DNA of 64,000 nt. Origin: Betaproteobacteria bacterium HGW-Betaproteobacteria-1 (lineage in GTDB: Bacteria; Pseudomonadota; Gammaproteobacteria; Burkholderiales; Methylophilaceae). Positions 18,690 through 29,585 of this stretch are shown one piece after another. Under the pieces are notes generated by a model. The model made no database searches. It had not been told where the DNA came from and saw only the letters and a list, made by a program, of their open reading frames with translations. Within the stretch, counting starts at the first letter, position 1; every line of letters starts with the position of its first letter. Made by a program: the position numbers and the translations under genes. The stretch lies in contig PHCX01000004.1 of assembly GCA_002842435.1 (NCBI GenBank), positions 180,209 to 244,208 on the forward strand, written 5' to 3'.

Positions 18690-20093
18690 TCAGTTCCTAG
18701 CGATAAGCTGCTGGTTGACTTCGGCCAGGTCGGCTTCGGTCAGTATGCCGCTGGCGAACTTGAGGCGCACCGTGCTGATCAGGTAGTTATAGCGCGCCTG
18801 CAACAGGTCGCGTTTGGCCGTGAAGAACTGTTGTTGCGCGTTGAGCACGTCGACGCTGGTGCGCACGCCGACCTCATAGCCCAGATTGGTCGAATCCAGC
18901 TGGCTCTGGCTGGAAAGCAGTGCCTGTTCGTAGGCCCTGATCTGCGCGACGCCGCTGCTGACATCCAGGTAGGCCTGCCGCGTTTCGAGGTCGGCCTGTC
19001 GTCTGGCGACTTCCATGTCTTCCTGCGCCTTTTGCAGATTGGCGGCTGCCTCGCGTACGCGCGAACTGACAGCCCCCCCCTGATAGATGGGGATCGCCAG
19101 CTGCAGGCCGACGGTGAGGTCTTCCAGGTCGGAAGCAAAGCCGCTGGCGCTGCCGTTGTTGCGGTTGTCGCTGTAGCGGGCAACGGCGTCGAGTGTCGGC
19201 ATGTGGCCGGCGCGCATGCGCTCGACCTCGCGATTGGCGATCTGGAAATTGTGCTGCTGGATGGCCAGCGCCAGGCTGTTCTGCTCCGCCAGGTCAACCC
19301 AGGCTTGCATATCGGTTGGTTCTGGTATCTGCGGATTGAGGTCTTCGCGCACGGTGGCGAGGTTTTGCGGCATCTTGCCAATGATGGACTGCAACGCGCG
19401 CTTCTTGATTTCCAGCTGGTTGATGGCAGCGATTTCCTGCGCCGTGGTCAGGTCGAAACGCGCCTGTGCTTCGTTGACATCGGTGATGGTGGCGGTACCC
19501 ACCTCGAAATTGGCCTTGGCTTGTTCCAGTTGGTTGCTGATGGCGGATTTCTGCGCGTTGATCAGCTCGATGCTGTCCTGCGCCAGCAGGACGTCGAAAT
19601 AGGCTTGCGTCACGCGCAGCATGAGGTTTTGCCGGTCCAGCATCAGCTGGCGGTCAGCCTGAGAGACGATCAGTTTGGATTGCTGGTACTGGACGAAATT
19701 ATCGCGGCGGAACAAGGGCTGCGTGACATTGAGGCTATAGCCCCAGCTATCGAAACGTTCGCTACCGCTGCCGCCGATCGGATTGCCGCGGGCGTCGATG
19801 CCGCTGCCGTTGAGATCGCGGTCGAGAGTGGTGCGGGATTCGCTGACATCGCTGTTCAGCGTGACAGTGGGCCGGTATAGCGCCTTGCCTTGTTCCAGTT
19901 TTTCCTGCGCGGCAAGATTGGCGCTGCGCGAAGAGGCCCAGGAAGGGTCCTGGCTCAGCGCGTTCTGATAGATGGCCATCAGGTCCTGGGTGGCTGTATC
20001 GTCTGCCTGTGCCGGCATGCCGGCGAATAACATCACGAATACGAATATCAGTGCTGACAGGGATTGATTTTTTGCAGCCATTTTTGCAGGCAT
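18690..20093 (-). CDS. tolC: TolC outer-membrane channel
   Basis: Signal peptide, FEVGTATITDVNEAQARFD, YEVGVRTSVDVLNAQQQ; downstream of pcm. Confidence 0.92.
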   Translation of the reverse strand: MPAKMAAKNQSLSALIFVFVMLFAGMPAQADDTATQDLMAIYQNALSQDPSWASSRSANLAAQEKLEQGKALYRPTVTLNSDVSESRTTLDRDLNGSGIDARGNPIGGSGSERFDSWGYSLNVTQPLFRRDNFVQYQQSKLIVSQADRQLMLDRQNLMLRVTQAYFDVLLAQDSIELINAQKSAISNQLEQAKANFEVGTATITDVNEAQARFDLTTAQEIAAINQLEIKKRALQSIIGKMPQNLATVREDLNPQIPEPTDMQAWVDLAEQNSLALAIQQHNFQIANREVERMRAGHMPTLDAVARYSDNRNNGSASGFASDLEDLTVGLQLAIPIYQGGAVSSRVREAAANLQKAQEDMEVARRQADLETRQAYLDVSSGVAQIRAYEQALLSSQSQLDSTNLGYEVGVRTSVDVLNAQQQFFTAKRDLLQARYNYLISTVRLKFASGILTEADLAEVNQQLIARN

Positions 20094-20100
20094 GAAAACC

Positions 20101-20778
20101 TTAAAATTGAAAACGTTCTGGTTGCGGAGCGTTGTTCAGGGGCGGTATGCAGGTCTCGAAGATGACGTCATGCTTGAAACTGTTTTCGCTGATGCGGCGG
20201 ATCATGGTCGCCTGCATCGCAGGTGCATCACCAGTGACAACGAACATACGACCACCGATGGTGAGACTTTGTTTCACGCTTTCCGGGCTGACGGGCAGGG
20301 AGCCGGTAAATACGATGACATCATAGGGTGCTTGGGCCGGCCAGCCTTCGGCGGCATCGCCGACTTCCAGCGTCACATTGCTGATGCCGGACTTGGTCAG
20401 GCGTTCCCCGGCGATCTTGCTCAGTGAAGCAATCAGTTCAACGCTGACCACTTCCCTGGCGGATTTGGCCAGCAGGGCGGTGAGGTAGCCGCTGCCAGTA
20501 CCGATTTCCAGCACCTTGTCGGTATTCCTGATTTCCAGTGCCTGCAGAATGCGGCCTTCCAGTTTGGGTGAGAGCATGCTCTGGCCTTCACTGATGGGGA
20601 TTTCGATGTCGGCAAATGCCAGACCTGCATACTGCGGCGGTACGAAGTCCTCGCGCGGCACTGCTTTCAACAGATCCAGCACCTTGGTATCCAGCACCTC
20701 CCAAGTGCGGATCTGCTGTTCGATCATGTTGAAGCGGGCTTGCTCGCGGCTGTTGGTTTGAGCTGGGTCGGTTTGCAT
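20101..20778 (-). CDS. pcm: Protein-L-isoaspartate O-methyltransferase
   Basis: ARFNMIEQQIR, VPREDFVP, VLEIGTGSGY, APYDVI; start ATG 20778 chosen, TTG 20811 is the alternative. Confidence 0.9.
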   Translation of the reverse strand: MQTDPAQTNSREQARFNMIEQQIRTWEVLDTKVLDLLKAVPREDFVPPQYAGLAFADIEIPISEGQSMLSPKLEGRILQALEIRNTDKVLEIGTGSGYLTALLAKSAREVVSVELIASLSKIAGERLTKSGISNVTLEVGDAAEGWPAQAPYDVIVFTGSLPVSPESVKQSLTIGGRMFVVTGDAPAMQATMIRRISENSFKHDVIFETCIPPLNNAPQPERFQF

Positions 20779-20840
20779 GATGTTGTCTGGACTGAAATTG
20801 AGATCATTCAATTATAGCCCAAGCCTGCGGAAATTGACGG

Positions 20841-22225
<1,385 letters not shown>

Positions 22226-22229
<4 letters not shown>

Positions 22230-23902
22230 GATGCTTCCTTCAGGTTCGGTAGTCGCAGGCGGAATTCTGCACCCTGCATGGGGCTGACGCCAACATTGAT
22301 TTCGCCGTGATGCGCGGCAACGATCTGGCGCACGACGGCCAGACCGAGGCCGAGACCGCCGCTGCGTTTGGTGTAGAAGGGGTCGAACACTTGATCGCGC
22401 TGATCAGCCGGGATGCCCGGGCCGTTGTCTGCGACACGGACTTCAACGGCATTTTTCAGCTGCTGCACGCTGACCTGGATCTTGCCGCCTTCGGGCAGTA
22501 TCTGAATCGAGTTCAGCAGCAGGTTGAGCAGCACCTGCATGATCTGTTCATGGTCGCATTCTGCCATCGCTACGCCCTCAGCGTTGCAGTCGAGCTCTAT
22601 GCTTTTCTTGTCGGCCTGCGCGCGCAACATGCCAACCGCCTGCCGCGTCAGTTCGGCAATGTCCGTGGGAGCGAATTCCGGCTGGCGTGGTCGCGCCGTA
22701 TCGATCAGTGTGGAAACCAGTTTGTTCAGGCGCTCCGTCTCCGAGATGATGAATCCGCAGACCTCGCGCCCTTCCTTGCTCAATTCCGGTTCGCGCAGCA
22801 ACACCTGGGCGGAAGAGCGCAGGATGCCGAGCGGGGTGCGTACCTCATGGCTCATGGCGGCGGCCATCTCGCCGACGACCGCCAGCTTGGCGGCACGGGT
22901 CAGGTGTTCCTTGGAGCGCTCCAGGTCTTCGATCATCTGCGCAAAGGCTTGGGACATGGCGTCGATCTCAGCCGGGCCGCCGGCAGGGGGGCGCAGATTG
23001 CTCGGTGAGCGGATGAAGCGATTGGCGAAATCGGTCAGTTTCAGCAAGGGGCCGCTGATGGTGCGGGCTACCGGGATGGCGATGAAGCTGGCAAGCAGGA
23101 TGGTGATGACCAGCAGGCCGATAAAGATAAGTCCCATGCGCCGGATCGGTTCAAGTGCCTCATCGCGATGCTGTGAAAAGGTGACGCGCCAGACGCTGTT
23201 GGTTAAGCCCTGAAAGCCCTGAATGTTTGCAGTGGCCGAGATTCTGGCCTTGACTGTGTTTTGCCAGTGTGTGGTCGCGGCGATGGTCTGTCCCTGTTCG
23301 TCCAGCAGGGCGGCGGATGTGCGCCCGGAAACGGCACCGCTTAGAATATCCTCGACTTCGGACCAGCTGAATTCCGCCACCAGAATCCCGATCGGTTGCT
23401 CTTCTATCGTGTCGAAGATGACGCTGCTCATCTGCATGACGCCCTGCGATGGGGGTGTGAAATGCACATGGCCACCGGCGATGGTGACTTCCAGCCACTG
23501 CGGATCCAGCTTCAGTTCCGAGCCGAGCAAGGCTGCATTGCTTGAGGCGATGATGCGGCCGTTACTGTCAATCACGTACAGGCCGCGATAGACGCGCTGA
23601 TAGCTGGTTTTCAGTTCGGAAAGAAAGCGTGAAAGGCGTTTGTCGACATCGCCGATGCGAGCATCCTGCATCACTTCCAGTTTGTGCCAGGAGGCGATGT
23701 TTTGCAGGCGTTCGAACATCATGCGGTCTATGTCGTCGGCCGTTGCATGCGCGCGGGTTTCCAGATCGTGCTGGATCTCGGTCTTGAGTGCGGTGCGTGC
23801 CTCGTAGAATGCCAGCCCGGTAATCAGTGTCGTCGGCAGCAGGCTGGTGAGCAGGAAAGCGCCCAGAAGCAGATAGCGTATAGGCAGGGTGCTCAGCTGC
23901 AT
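22226..23902 (-). CDS. Membrane sensor histidine kinase (periplasmic Cache-like domain, HAMP)
   Basis: Two TMs, HAMP, H-box SHEVRTPL, NLLLNS, DNGPGIP, FDPFYT, GLGLGL; ATGA overlap with the regulator. Confidence 0.94.
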
Positions 23903-23928
23903 GTGTGAGTCAGAATAATGAGGGTGTG

Positions 23929-23944
23929 TGGCATGGCATTTGCA
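23929..23944 (+). promoter_or_regulatory. Sigma54 -24/-12 promoter of the porin-periplasmic protein pair
   Basis: TGGCATGGCATTTGCA: GG(23930-31)-N10-GC(23942-43). Confidence 0.8.
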
Positions 23945-24015
23945 ATGAATTCGGACTTATTGGATTGAACAAGATTAGAATGTCCGCCAAAACATGGCAA
24001 GAACATGGTGAAAAT

Positions 24016-25059
24016 ATGATGACATCGAATCGAAAGGTATGCGCAGCTATCTGGCTATCGGTTTGCTATTTTTGCATTCCGGTGCAGGCGTTACACGCCG
24101 CAGAGGAGGCGGTAGCCGAGCCGATGGAGCAGCTGGCAGAGGGTCCGGCCAGTGTCTGGGATGGCTTCAATCTGGGTGGCTACGGCAGTGCCGGGATTAT
24201 CGTGCCACGGCACGAGAAAACCGAGATCGCCGTCAATGAAATCAGTTTGATCATCACCTGGGATGGCGACAGCCGTTTCAAATTCTTCTCCGAACTGGAA
24301 CTGGAACATCCGCTGATCTGGCGTGAGGGCGATGATTTTTCCAAGCAGAAATCCTTTCTCGATATCGAGCGCCTGTATCTGGATTACAACCTCAACGAGA
24401 AACTCAATCTGCGCGCAGGCCGTTATCTGACCCCGGCCGGTCGCTGGAACCTGATCCATGCCTCGCCGCTGGTCTGGACCTCATCCCGGCCGCTGGCTAC
24501 CAGCCGTCTGTTCCCCACGGCGCTCAACGGCGTCATGCTGTACGGCGCCATTCCCTACAAGGAAGCGGCTTTCGAATACATGCTGTTCGGCGAACTGCTG
24601 AAGGATCAGGATCTTGAGCGCGACGAGATCGACTTCCGCGATACCTTTGGTGCGCGTTTCACACTGAGCGGCAGGACGGAGTGGGGCTTGTCGCTGCTGG
24701 AATTCTCCGAACGAGATGTCGGTCGGCGGCGCTATCAGATGCTGGGGCTGGATTTTCAGCACAAGCAGCATGGATGGGAATGGAGCGGCGAGGCTTTCCA
24801 GCGTTTTCGCAATGACGGCAAGGATGGCGGTCATGGCGCCTATCTGCAGGCAGTGGCGCCGCTCACCGGGCACTGGTTTGCCATCGCCCGGCTGGAGAAT
24901 TTCAGGCGGCCGACAGAATCGTCGGTTGATCGCTGGCTGATAGGCACGGCTTGGCGTCCTGTCCCCAATCGCATCTTCAAGATGGAATATGTGGGGGGCG
25001 ATGAGCAACGCGAAGACTCGCCCAAGGGCTTTCTTGCCTCATTTGCAATCCTGTTCTGA
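24016..25059 (+). CDS. Outer-membrane beta-barrel (porin-like) protein
   Basis: Signal peptide ending ALHA/AE, alternating beta strands, C-terminal FAILF; start moved to ATG 24016, downstream of the sigma54 promoter. Confidence 0.75.
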   Translation: MMTSNRKVCAAIWLSVCYFCIPVQALHAAEEAVAEPMEQLAEGPASVWDGFNLGGYGSAGIIVPRHEKTEIAVNEISLIITWDGDSRFKFFSELELEHPLIWREGDDFSKQKSFLDIERLYLDYNLNEKLNLRAGRYLTPAGRWNLIHASPLVWTSSRPLATSRLFPTALNGVMLYGAIPYKEAAFEYMLFGELLKDQDLERDEIDFRDTFGARFTLSGRTEWGLSLLEFSERDVGRRRYQMLGLDFQHKQHGWEWSGEAFQRFRNDGKDGGHGAYLQAVAPLTGHWFAIARLENFRRPTESSVDRWLIGTAWRPVPNRIFKMEYVGGDEQREDSPKGFLASFAILF

Positions 25060-25550
25060 TGCCGACGATGTTGAATTTGCGCGTGTTGCTGTTACTGCTT
25101 GGCTTGAGCCTGCTACCGGCTGCGCCGGCACATGCGGCGGAGTCCGAGGTGCTGGCCATCATCGTGCCGGCGAATCTGGCCGTGAAGCGGCTTAGTGCTT
25201 CCGAGCTCAGTCTGATTTTTCTGCGCAAGAAACTCTATTGGCCCAACGGCAAGCGTATGCGGCCGGCCAATCTGCCGACACAACATGATCTGCGCCAGCG
25301 TTTTTCGTTGCGCGTGCTGGGCAGTCTGCCGGAAACGCAGGCGGAATACTGGAACGAGCAATACTTCCACGGCGTGTCGCCGCCACATGTGGTGAATTCG
25401 CAGGAAGCGATGCTGCGTTATGTCGCCGACACCGCCGGTGCCATCGGCTATGTTGATGCCTGTGCTGTTGATAGCCGGGTCAGGGTCGTGGCCTGGATTG
25501 ATTCTGACGGTAGTTGGCTGGCATCCCCGCCGCCGCTGGCCTGCGATTAA
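25059..25550 (+). CDS. Small periplasmic protein, phosphate-binding-protein-like
   Basis: Signal peptide AHA/AE, LAIIVP, IFLRKKLYW, YWNEQYFHG, MLRYVADTAGAIGYV; 1-bp overlap with the porin gene. Confidence 0.7.
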   Translation: MPTMLNLRVLLLLLGLSLLPAAPAHAAESEVLAIIVPANLAVKRLSASELSLIFLRKKLYWPNGKRMRPANLPTQHDLRQRFSLRVLGSLPETQAEYWNEQYFHGVSPPHVVNSQEAMLRYVADTAGAIGYVDACAVDSRVRVVAWIDSDGSWLASPPPLACD

Positions 25551-25614
25551 GCCTGCAAAATTGGTAAGGTCATACGAAATTTGCAGGGTATTGGCCTGCA
25601 AATTTCGTATGACC
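25551..25614. promoter_or_regulatory. Candidate enhancer (UAS): perfect 20-bp inverted repeat plus a third degenerate copy
   Basis: GGTCATACGAAATTTGCAGG (25568-87) / CCTGCAAATTTCGTATGACC (25595-614); extra gcctgcaaaattggtaa at 25551-67; about 140 bp upstream of a sigma54 promoter. Could also act as a terminator hairpin. Confidence 0.65.
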
Positions 25615-25751
25615 GACCGTCAAATCCCTTTCTTCTGGTTCCATATCACTCCGGATTACTCCGAAAATTTACCTGAATATTGTTATATATAATTGATTAT
25701 AAAAGTTAAATAATATTTACCGTGTGACATTTGAGTGACAGCGGCAAGTGT

Positions 25752-25767
25752 TGGCATGGCGCTTGCG
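25752..25767 (+). promoter_or_regulatory. Sigma54 -24/-12 promoter of the 11-gene operon
   Basis: TGGCATGGCGCTTGCG: GG(25753-54)-N10-GC(25765-66); preceded by a very AT-rich stretch (about 25675-25720). Confidence 0.85.
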
Positions 25768-25802
25768 CACTATTCAGGTATTCAAATCTGGAGTACCTGA
25801 AT

Positions 25803-26543
25803 ATGTTGCCGGAAACCATGCCAATCGCGTCTGAAGCCAATGATGAATTGCAGCCGGACCAAGTAGAAAATCCATGCGCTGCAAATCCTGGCACTGCGAC
25901 AGGAAGCATCGCTGATGACCTGCATCGCTATTTCAGCCACAGACGTCTCACGGCACAAATACACCTGCATTCCGCGGAAAACGTGCATACCTCCATCTCG
26001 GGTCCCGAGGCAGAGGACAGGGCGGAGCTGGAGCAGTTTGTCCACCGCATTTTCTCCAAGGCTTATGATGCCAACGTCAAGGAGTTCATGCCGCAACTGA
26101 TGAGCCTGCGCAATGCCGGCGGTGAGTTGCTGGCCGTGTGTGGCTTGCGTCACGCCGAAAACAACAGCCTGTTCCTCGAGCGCTACCTGCCACAGCCGGT
26201 GGAGCATGTGATTTCAGCACAAAGCGGCCAGCTGGTGGTGCGCAATGACATCGTCGAGATCGGTAATCTGGCCGTTGCCCATCCGGAAACGGTACGCAGC
26301 CTGCTGGCGAGTATCAGCCTTTATCTGCATGGCACCAGTACCACATGGGGCGTGTTTACCGGTATCCCCAGCCTGCGCAACGCGCTGAGCAAGCTCAATA
26401 TGCATCTGTTGCCGTTGGGTTGGGCCAGTCTGGCGCACCTGGCGGAAAACGAGCGGGCGGACTGGGGCCGTTATTACGACGAGAAGCCGCAAGTGATGGC
26501 GGTCAAACGACTTTCCCCACCGGTCTGCACGAGCGCTGCATGA
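25803..26543 (+). CDS. Thermostable-hemolysin-family protein, probable GNAT-fold acyltransferase
   Basis: AYDANVKEFMPQL, CGLRHAENNSLFLERYL, IVEIGNLA, ADWGRYYDEKPQV; no signal peptide; start ATG 25803 with GGAG SD. Confidence 0.8.
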   Translation: MLPETMPIASEANDELQPDQVENPCAANPGTATGSIADDLHRYFSHRRLTAQIHLHSAENVHTSISGPEAEDRAELEQFVHRIFSKAYDANVKEFMPQLMSLRNAGGELLAVCGLRHAENNSLFLERYLPQPVEHVISAQSGQLVVRNDIVEIGNLAVAHPETVRSLLASISLYLHGTSTTWGVFTGIPSLRNALSKLNMHLLPLGWASLAHLAENERADWGRYYDEKPQVMAVKRLSPPVCTSAA

Positions 26544-28087
26544 TGGCATCGCGTATCCTGCGGGCCATCAAAGGCCATGCGTCTCAGCATCCTGATCGCG
26601 TCGCCTTGCAAGGCGGTAATGCGACCTTGAGCTATGCTGAACTGGTTTACGAGGTCGATCGCATGCGGCGGCACTTCTTTGTCGATGGCGCACGCGTTTT
26701 GGGCCTGGTGGCAGACAACAGCCTTGCCTGGGCCGTCACCGACCTGGCGGCAATGGCGTCCGAACTCCCCATCGTGCCATTGCCCGCCTTTTTTTCAGCA
26801 GAGCAGCTGGCGCATGCCGTTCGTGATGCCGGCATCAATCAGTTGATCACCGACCAGCCCGTTGTCATGGAACATTTGCTGCAGGGCGCCGGCTTCAGTA
26901 TCAGGGCCTCGCAACAGTACGAGCTTGCCGGGCGCCGGCTGACGCAGTTCACGCTGGCTGATGTAGAGGCGGTGAAGCTGCCGCAGGCAACCGTGAAAAT
27001 CACCTACACCTCGGGCACAACAGGTAATCCAAAGGGCGTCTGTCTCGGCCTGCAGGCGCTTGAAGAAGTCGCCGATAGCCTGCTGACAGCGACGCGTGCG
27101 AATGAAAACGATGTGCACCTCAGCGTGCTGCCGCTTTCAACCCTGCTGGAAAACATCGCGGGTCTTTATGTGCCATTGCTGGCCGGCGCACGCGCGGTGA
27201 TCCGGCCCTGTCAGGAAGTTGGCTTGAGCGGCGCCAGCGGACTAGATCCGCAAAAGATGTTGCAGGCCATGCTGCTGGCGAAAGCCAGCACGCTGGTGCT
27301 GACGCCGGAACTGCTGAAGGCCTTGGTGATGATGGCGGAAGCCGGTGCGCCGGTGCCTGACAGCCTGCGTTTCGTCGCCGTCGGCGGCGCGACCGTTTCC
27401 CATGCCCTGCTCGAGCGCGCAGAGCGTGCCGGGCTGCCGGTATTCGAGGGTTATGGCTTGTCCGAATGCTGTTCCGTGGTTGCCGTCAACACACCGCAGG
27501 CCCGTCTGCAGGGCAGTGTCGGCAAGCCGTTGCCGCATGTGCAACTGCGCTTCGCCGAAGACGGAGAGATCATGGTTGCCGGCAGCATCATGCTGGGTTA
27601 CACCGGTGCGGCCCAAACGGACACAGACCAAGCGGAACAGGAGGCGAAAGGTAACAGCTTCTGGCCTACCGGCGACATCGGCTATCTGGATGATGCCGGC
27701 TATCTGCATATCAGCGGGCGCAAGCGCAATGTGTTTATCACCTCCTTCGGCCGCAACGTCTCTCCTGAGTGGGTCGAAAGCCAGCTCGCGCAATCGCCGA
27801 AGATCGCGCAAGCCGCACTGTTTGGCGAAGCCCGGCCATGGAACACTGCGCTGATCGTGCCGGCAGCCGGCGCCAGCGATGCGGATATCGAACAGGTCGT
27901 CAGCCAGGTCAACGCCGGATTGCCGGATTACGCACGCGTCGGCCGCTGGCTTTACGCCGATGCGCCATTCAGTAGCCAGAACCGGCAGTTGACCCCCAAT
28001 TTCAGGCTGCGCCGCGATGTGATATGGCAGGCCTATGCTCCAAGAATCAATACTTTGTATGAGGAAATCGATAATGTCTGTGTATGA
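26540..28087 (+). CDS. AMP-binding (ANL) ligase, long-chain acyl-CoA synthetase-like
   Basis: TYTSGTTGNPKGV, EGYGLSE, TGDIG, ISGRKRN; ATGA overlap with the previous gene. Confidence 0.92.
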   Translation: MMASRILRAIKGHASQHPDRVALQGGNATLSYAELVYEVDRMRRHFFVDGARVLGLVADNSLAWAVTDLAAMASELPIVPLPAFFSAEQLAHAVRDAGINQLITDQPVVMEHLLQGAGFSIRASQQYELAGRRLTQFTLADVEAVKLPQATVKITYTSGTTGNPKGVCLGLQALEEVADSLLTATRANENDVHLSVLPLSTLLENIAGLYVPLLAGARAVIRPCQEVGLSGASGLDPQKMLQAMLLAKASTLVLTPELLKALVMMAEAGAPVPDSLRFVAVGGATVSHALLERAERAGLPVFEGYGLSECCSVVAVNTPQARLQGSVGKPLPHVQLRFAEDGEIMVAGSIMLGYTGAAQTDTDQAEQEAKGNSFWPTGDIGYLDDAGYLHISGRKRNVFITSFGRNVSPEWVESQLAQSPKIAQAALFGEARPWNTALIVPAAGASDADIEQVVSQVNAGLPDYARVGRWLYADAPFSSQNRQLTPNFRLRRDVIWQAYAPRINTLYEEIDNVCV

Positions 28088-28754
28088 AAAACTGCTTGCT
28101 GCCACCGTTCAGGAACGTGAATCGCTGCTCAGTCTGCCTCTGCTGCGTGCAGGGGTCGCCGGTCAGGTCAGCCTGGAAGCCTATATTGCCTTTCTGACCG
28201 AGGCCTATCACCACGTCAAGCACACCACGCCCTTGCTGATGGCCTGCGGCGGCCGCCTGCCGGAGCGTTATGAGTGGCTGCGCGAAGGCATGGCCGAGTA
28301 TATCGAGGAAGAACTGGGCCATCAGGAATGGATATTGAACGATATCACCGCCTGCGGCGGAGATGCCGAAGCCGTGCGCCGTGGCAAACCGGGGCAGGCG
28401 ACCGAACTGATGGTGGCCTATGCCTATGACATGGTGTATCGCGTCAATCCGGTCGGGTTCCTCGGCATGGTGCTGGTGCTGGAAGGCACCAGTACGGCCA
28501 TGGCAACGCAGGCCGGTGCCGCTATCCAGCAAAGCCTGGGTCTGGGCAAGCAGGCGTTCACTTACCTTACGTCACACGGTTCACTGGATATCAGCCACGT
28601 TGCTTTCTATGAAACCCTGGCAAACCGTATTGAAGATCCTGCAGACCAGCAGATGGTGATAGACAGCGCCAAGATGTTCTACAAGCTTTATGGCGACATT
28701 TTCCGCGACCTGGGGCAACGTTTTCTGCCCGCTGAGATGCTGGAGGCGGCATGA
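28074..28754 (+). CDS. Heme-oxygenase-like/TenA-fold diiron redox enzyme (HDO family)
   Basis: YHHVKH, EEELGH, VLEG, HGSLDISH (H-x3-D-x2-H); GAGGA SD. Confidence 0.85.
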   Translation: MSVYEKLLAATVQERESLLSLPLLRAGVAGQVSLEAYIAFLTEAYHHVKHTTPLLMACGGRLPERYEWLREGMAEYIEEELGHQEWILNDITACGGDAEAVRRGKPGQATELMVAYAYDMVYRVNPVGFLGMVLVLEGTSTAMATQAGAAIQQSLGLGKQAFTYLTSHGSLDISHVAFYETLANRIEDPADQQMVIDSAKMFYKLYGDIFRDLGQRFLPAEMLEAA

Positions 28755-29566
28755 ATCTGGCCGGCAAAAGAGTCCTGCTGACCGGCGCTACCGGCGGCAT
28801 CGGTCGTCATCTGGCGTTGCAGTTGGCGTCAGAAGGTGCCGAGTTGGCCTTGGTTTGTTATGACGCGCAAAAACTCAACGCCCTGACTGATGTGATTTCG
28901 TCCCGCGGCGGCAAGGCCAGTATCATCGTCGCCGATTTCAACCACGCACATGCCGCGCAAGGCGTCGCCGATGCAGCGAAGCTGAAGATGGGCGGTGTCG
29001 ATGTGCTGGTCAACAATGCGGGCATCCTCGATTTCGTGCAGTTTGCCGAACAGGACCCGCAACGCATCGCCCAGATGATCCAGGTCAACCTGACCGTTCC
29101 CTTGCAGCTGACACGCGCATTGCTGCCGGATTTCATCGCGCGCAATAGCGGCCAGATCGTCAATATCGGCTCCATTTTCGGTTCCATCGGTTTTCCGCAT
29201 TACGCCAGCTACAGCGCGACCAAGTTCGCCATGCGCGGATTTTCGCAGGCCCTGCGCCGCGAACTGGCCGGTCATGATATCGCCGTCACCTATGTCGCGC
29301 CGCGTGCGGTGAAGACGCCGATCAACGACGCGGTTGCCACCGAGATGTTCAAGGCGACCGGCACCAATCTGGATGAACCGGAGTTTGTCGCCGAAAAGAT
29401 TCTGCAGGCCATGATTCGCGGCAATCGCGACAGCTACATCGGCCAGCCGGAATCGATTTTTGCCTGGCTCAATGGCTTTTTGCCAAGCCTGGTCAGTATG
29501 GGTCTGAAAAAGCAGACCGAGATCGCCCGGCCTTATGCAAGCCGTTCTCAAACCGCACCCAAGTAA
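28751..29566 (+). CDS. Short-chain dehydrogenase/reductase
   Basis: TGATGGIG, NNAG, VNIGS, YSATK. Confidence 0.95.
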   Translation: MNLAGKRVLLTGATGGIGRHLALQLASEGAELALVCYDAQKLNALTDVISSRGGKASIIVADFNHAHAAQGVADAAKLKMGGVDVLVNNAGILDFVQFAEQDPQRIAQMIQVNLTVPLQLTRALLPDFIARNSGQIVNIGSIFGSIGFPHYASYSATKFAMRGFSQALRRELAGHDIAVTYVAPRAVKTPINDAVATEMFKATGTNLDEPEFVAEKILQAMIRGNRDSYIGQPESIFAWLNGFLPSLVSMGLKKQTEIARPYASRSQTAPK

Positions 29567-29585
29567 ACCTGGAGGAGATACCACC

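Noticed and set aside
23905-24015. N-terminal extension of the porin ORF in the track
   Set aside because: It would run through the sigma54 promoter; the signal peptide starts at ATG 24016.
25731-25802. TTG-started extension of the thermostable-hemolysin ORF; likewise the 26345 start of the AMP ligase
   Set aside because: 25731 lies upstream of the -24/-12 promoter and ATG 25803 has a GGAG SD; the ligase has an ATGA overlap start at 26540.
25803-26543. Calling this a secreted toxin or virulence gene
   Set aside because: No export signal, and it is coupled to biosynthetic enzymes; the family name is not evidence of function.
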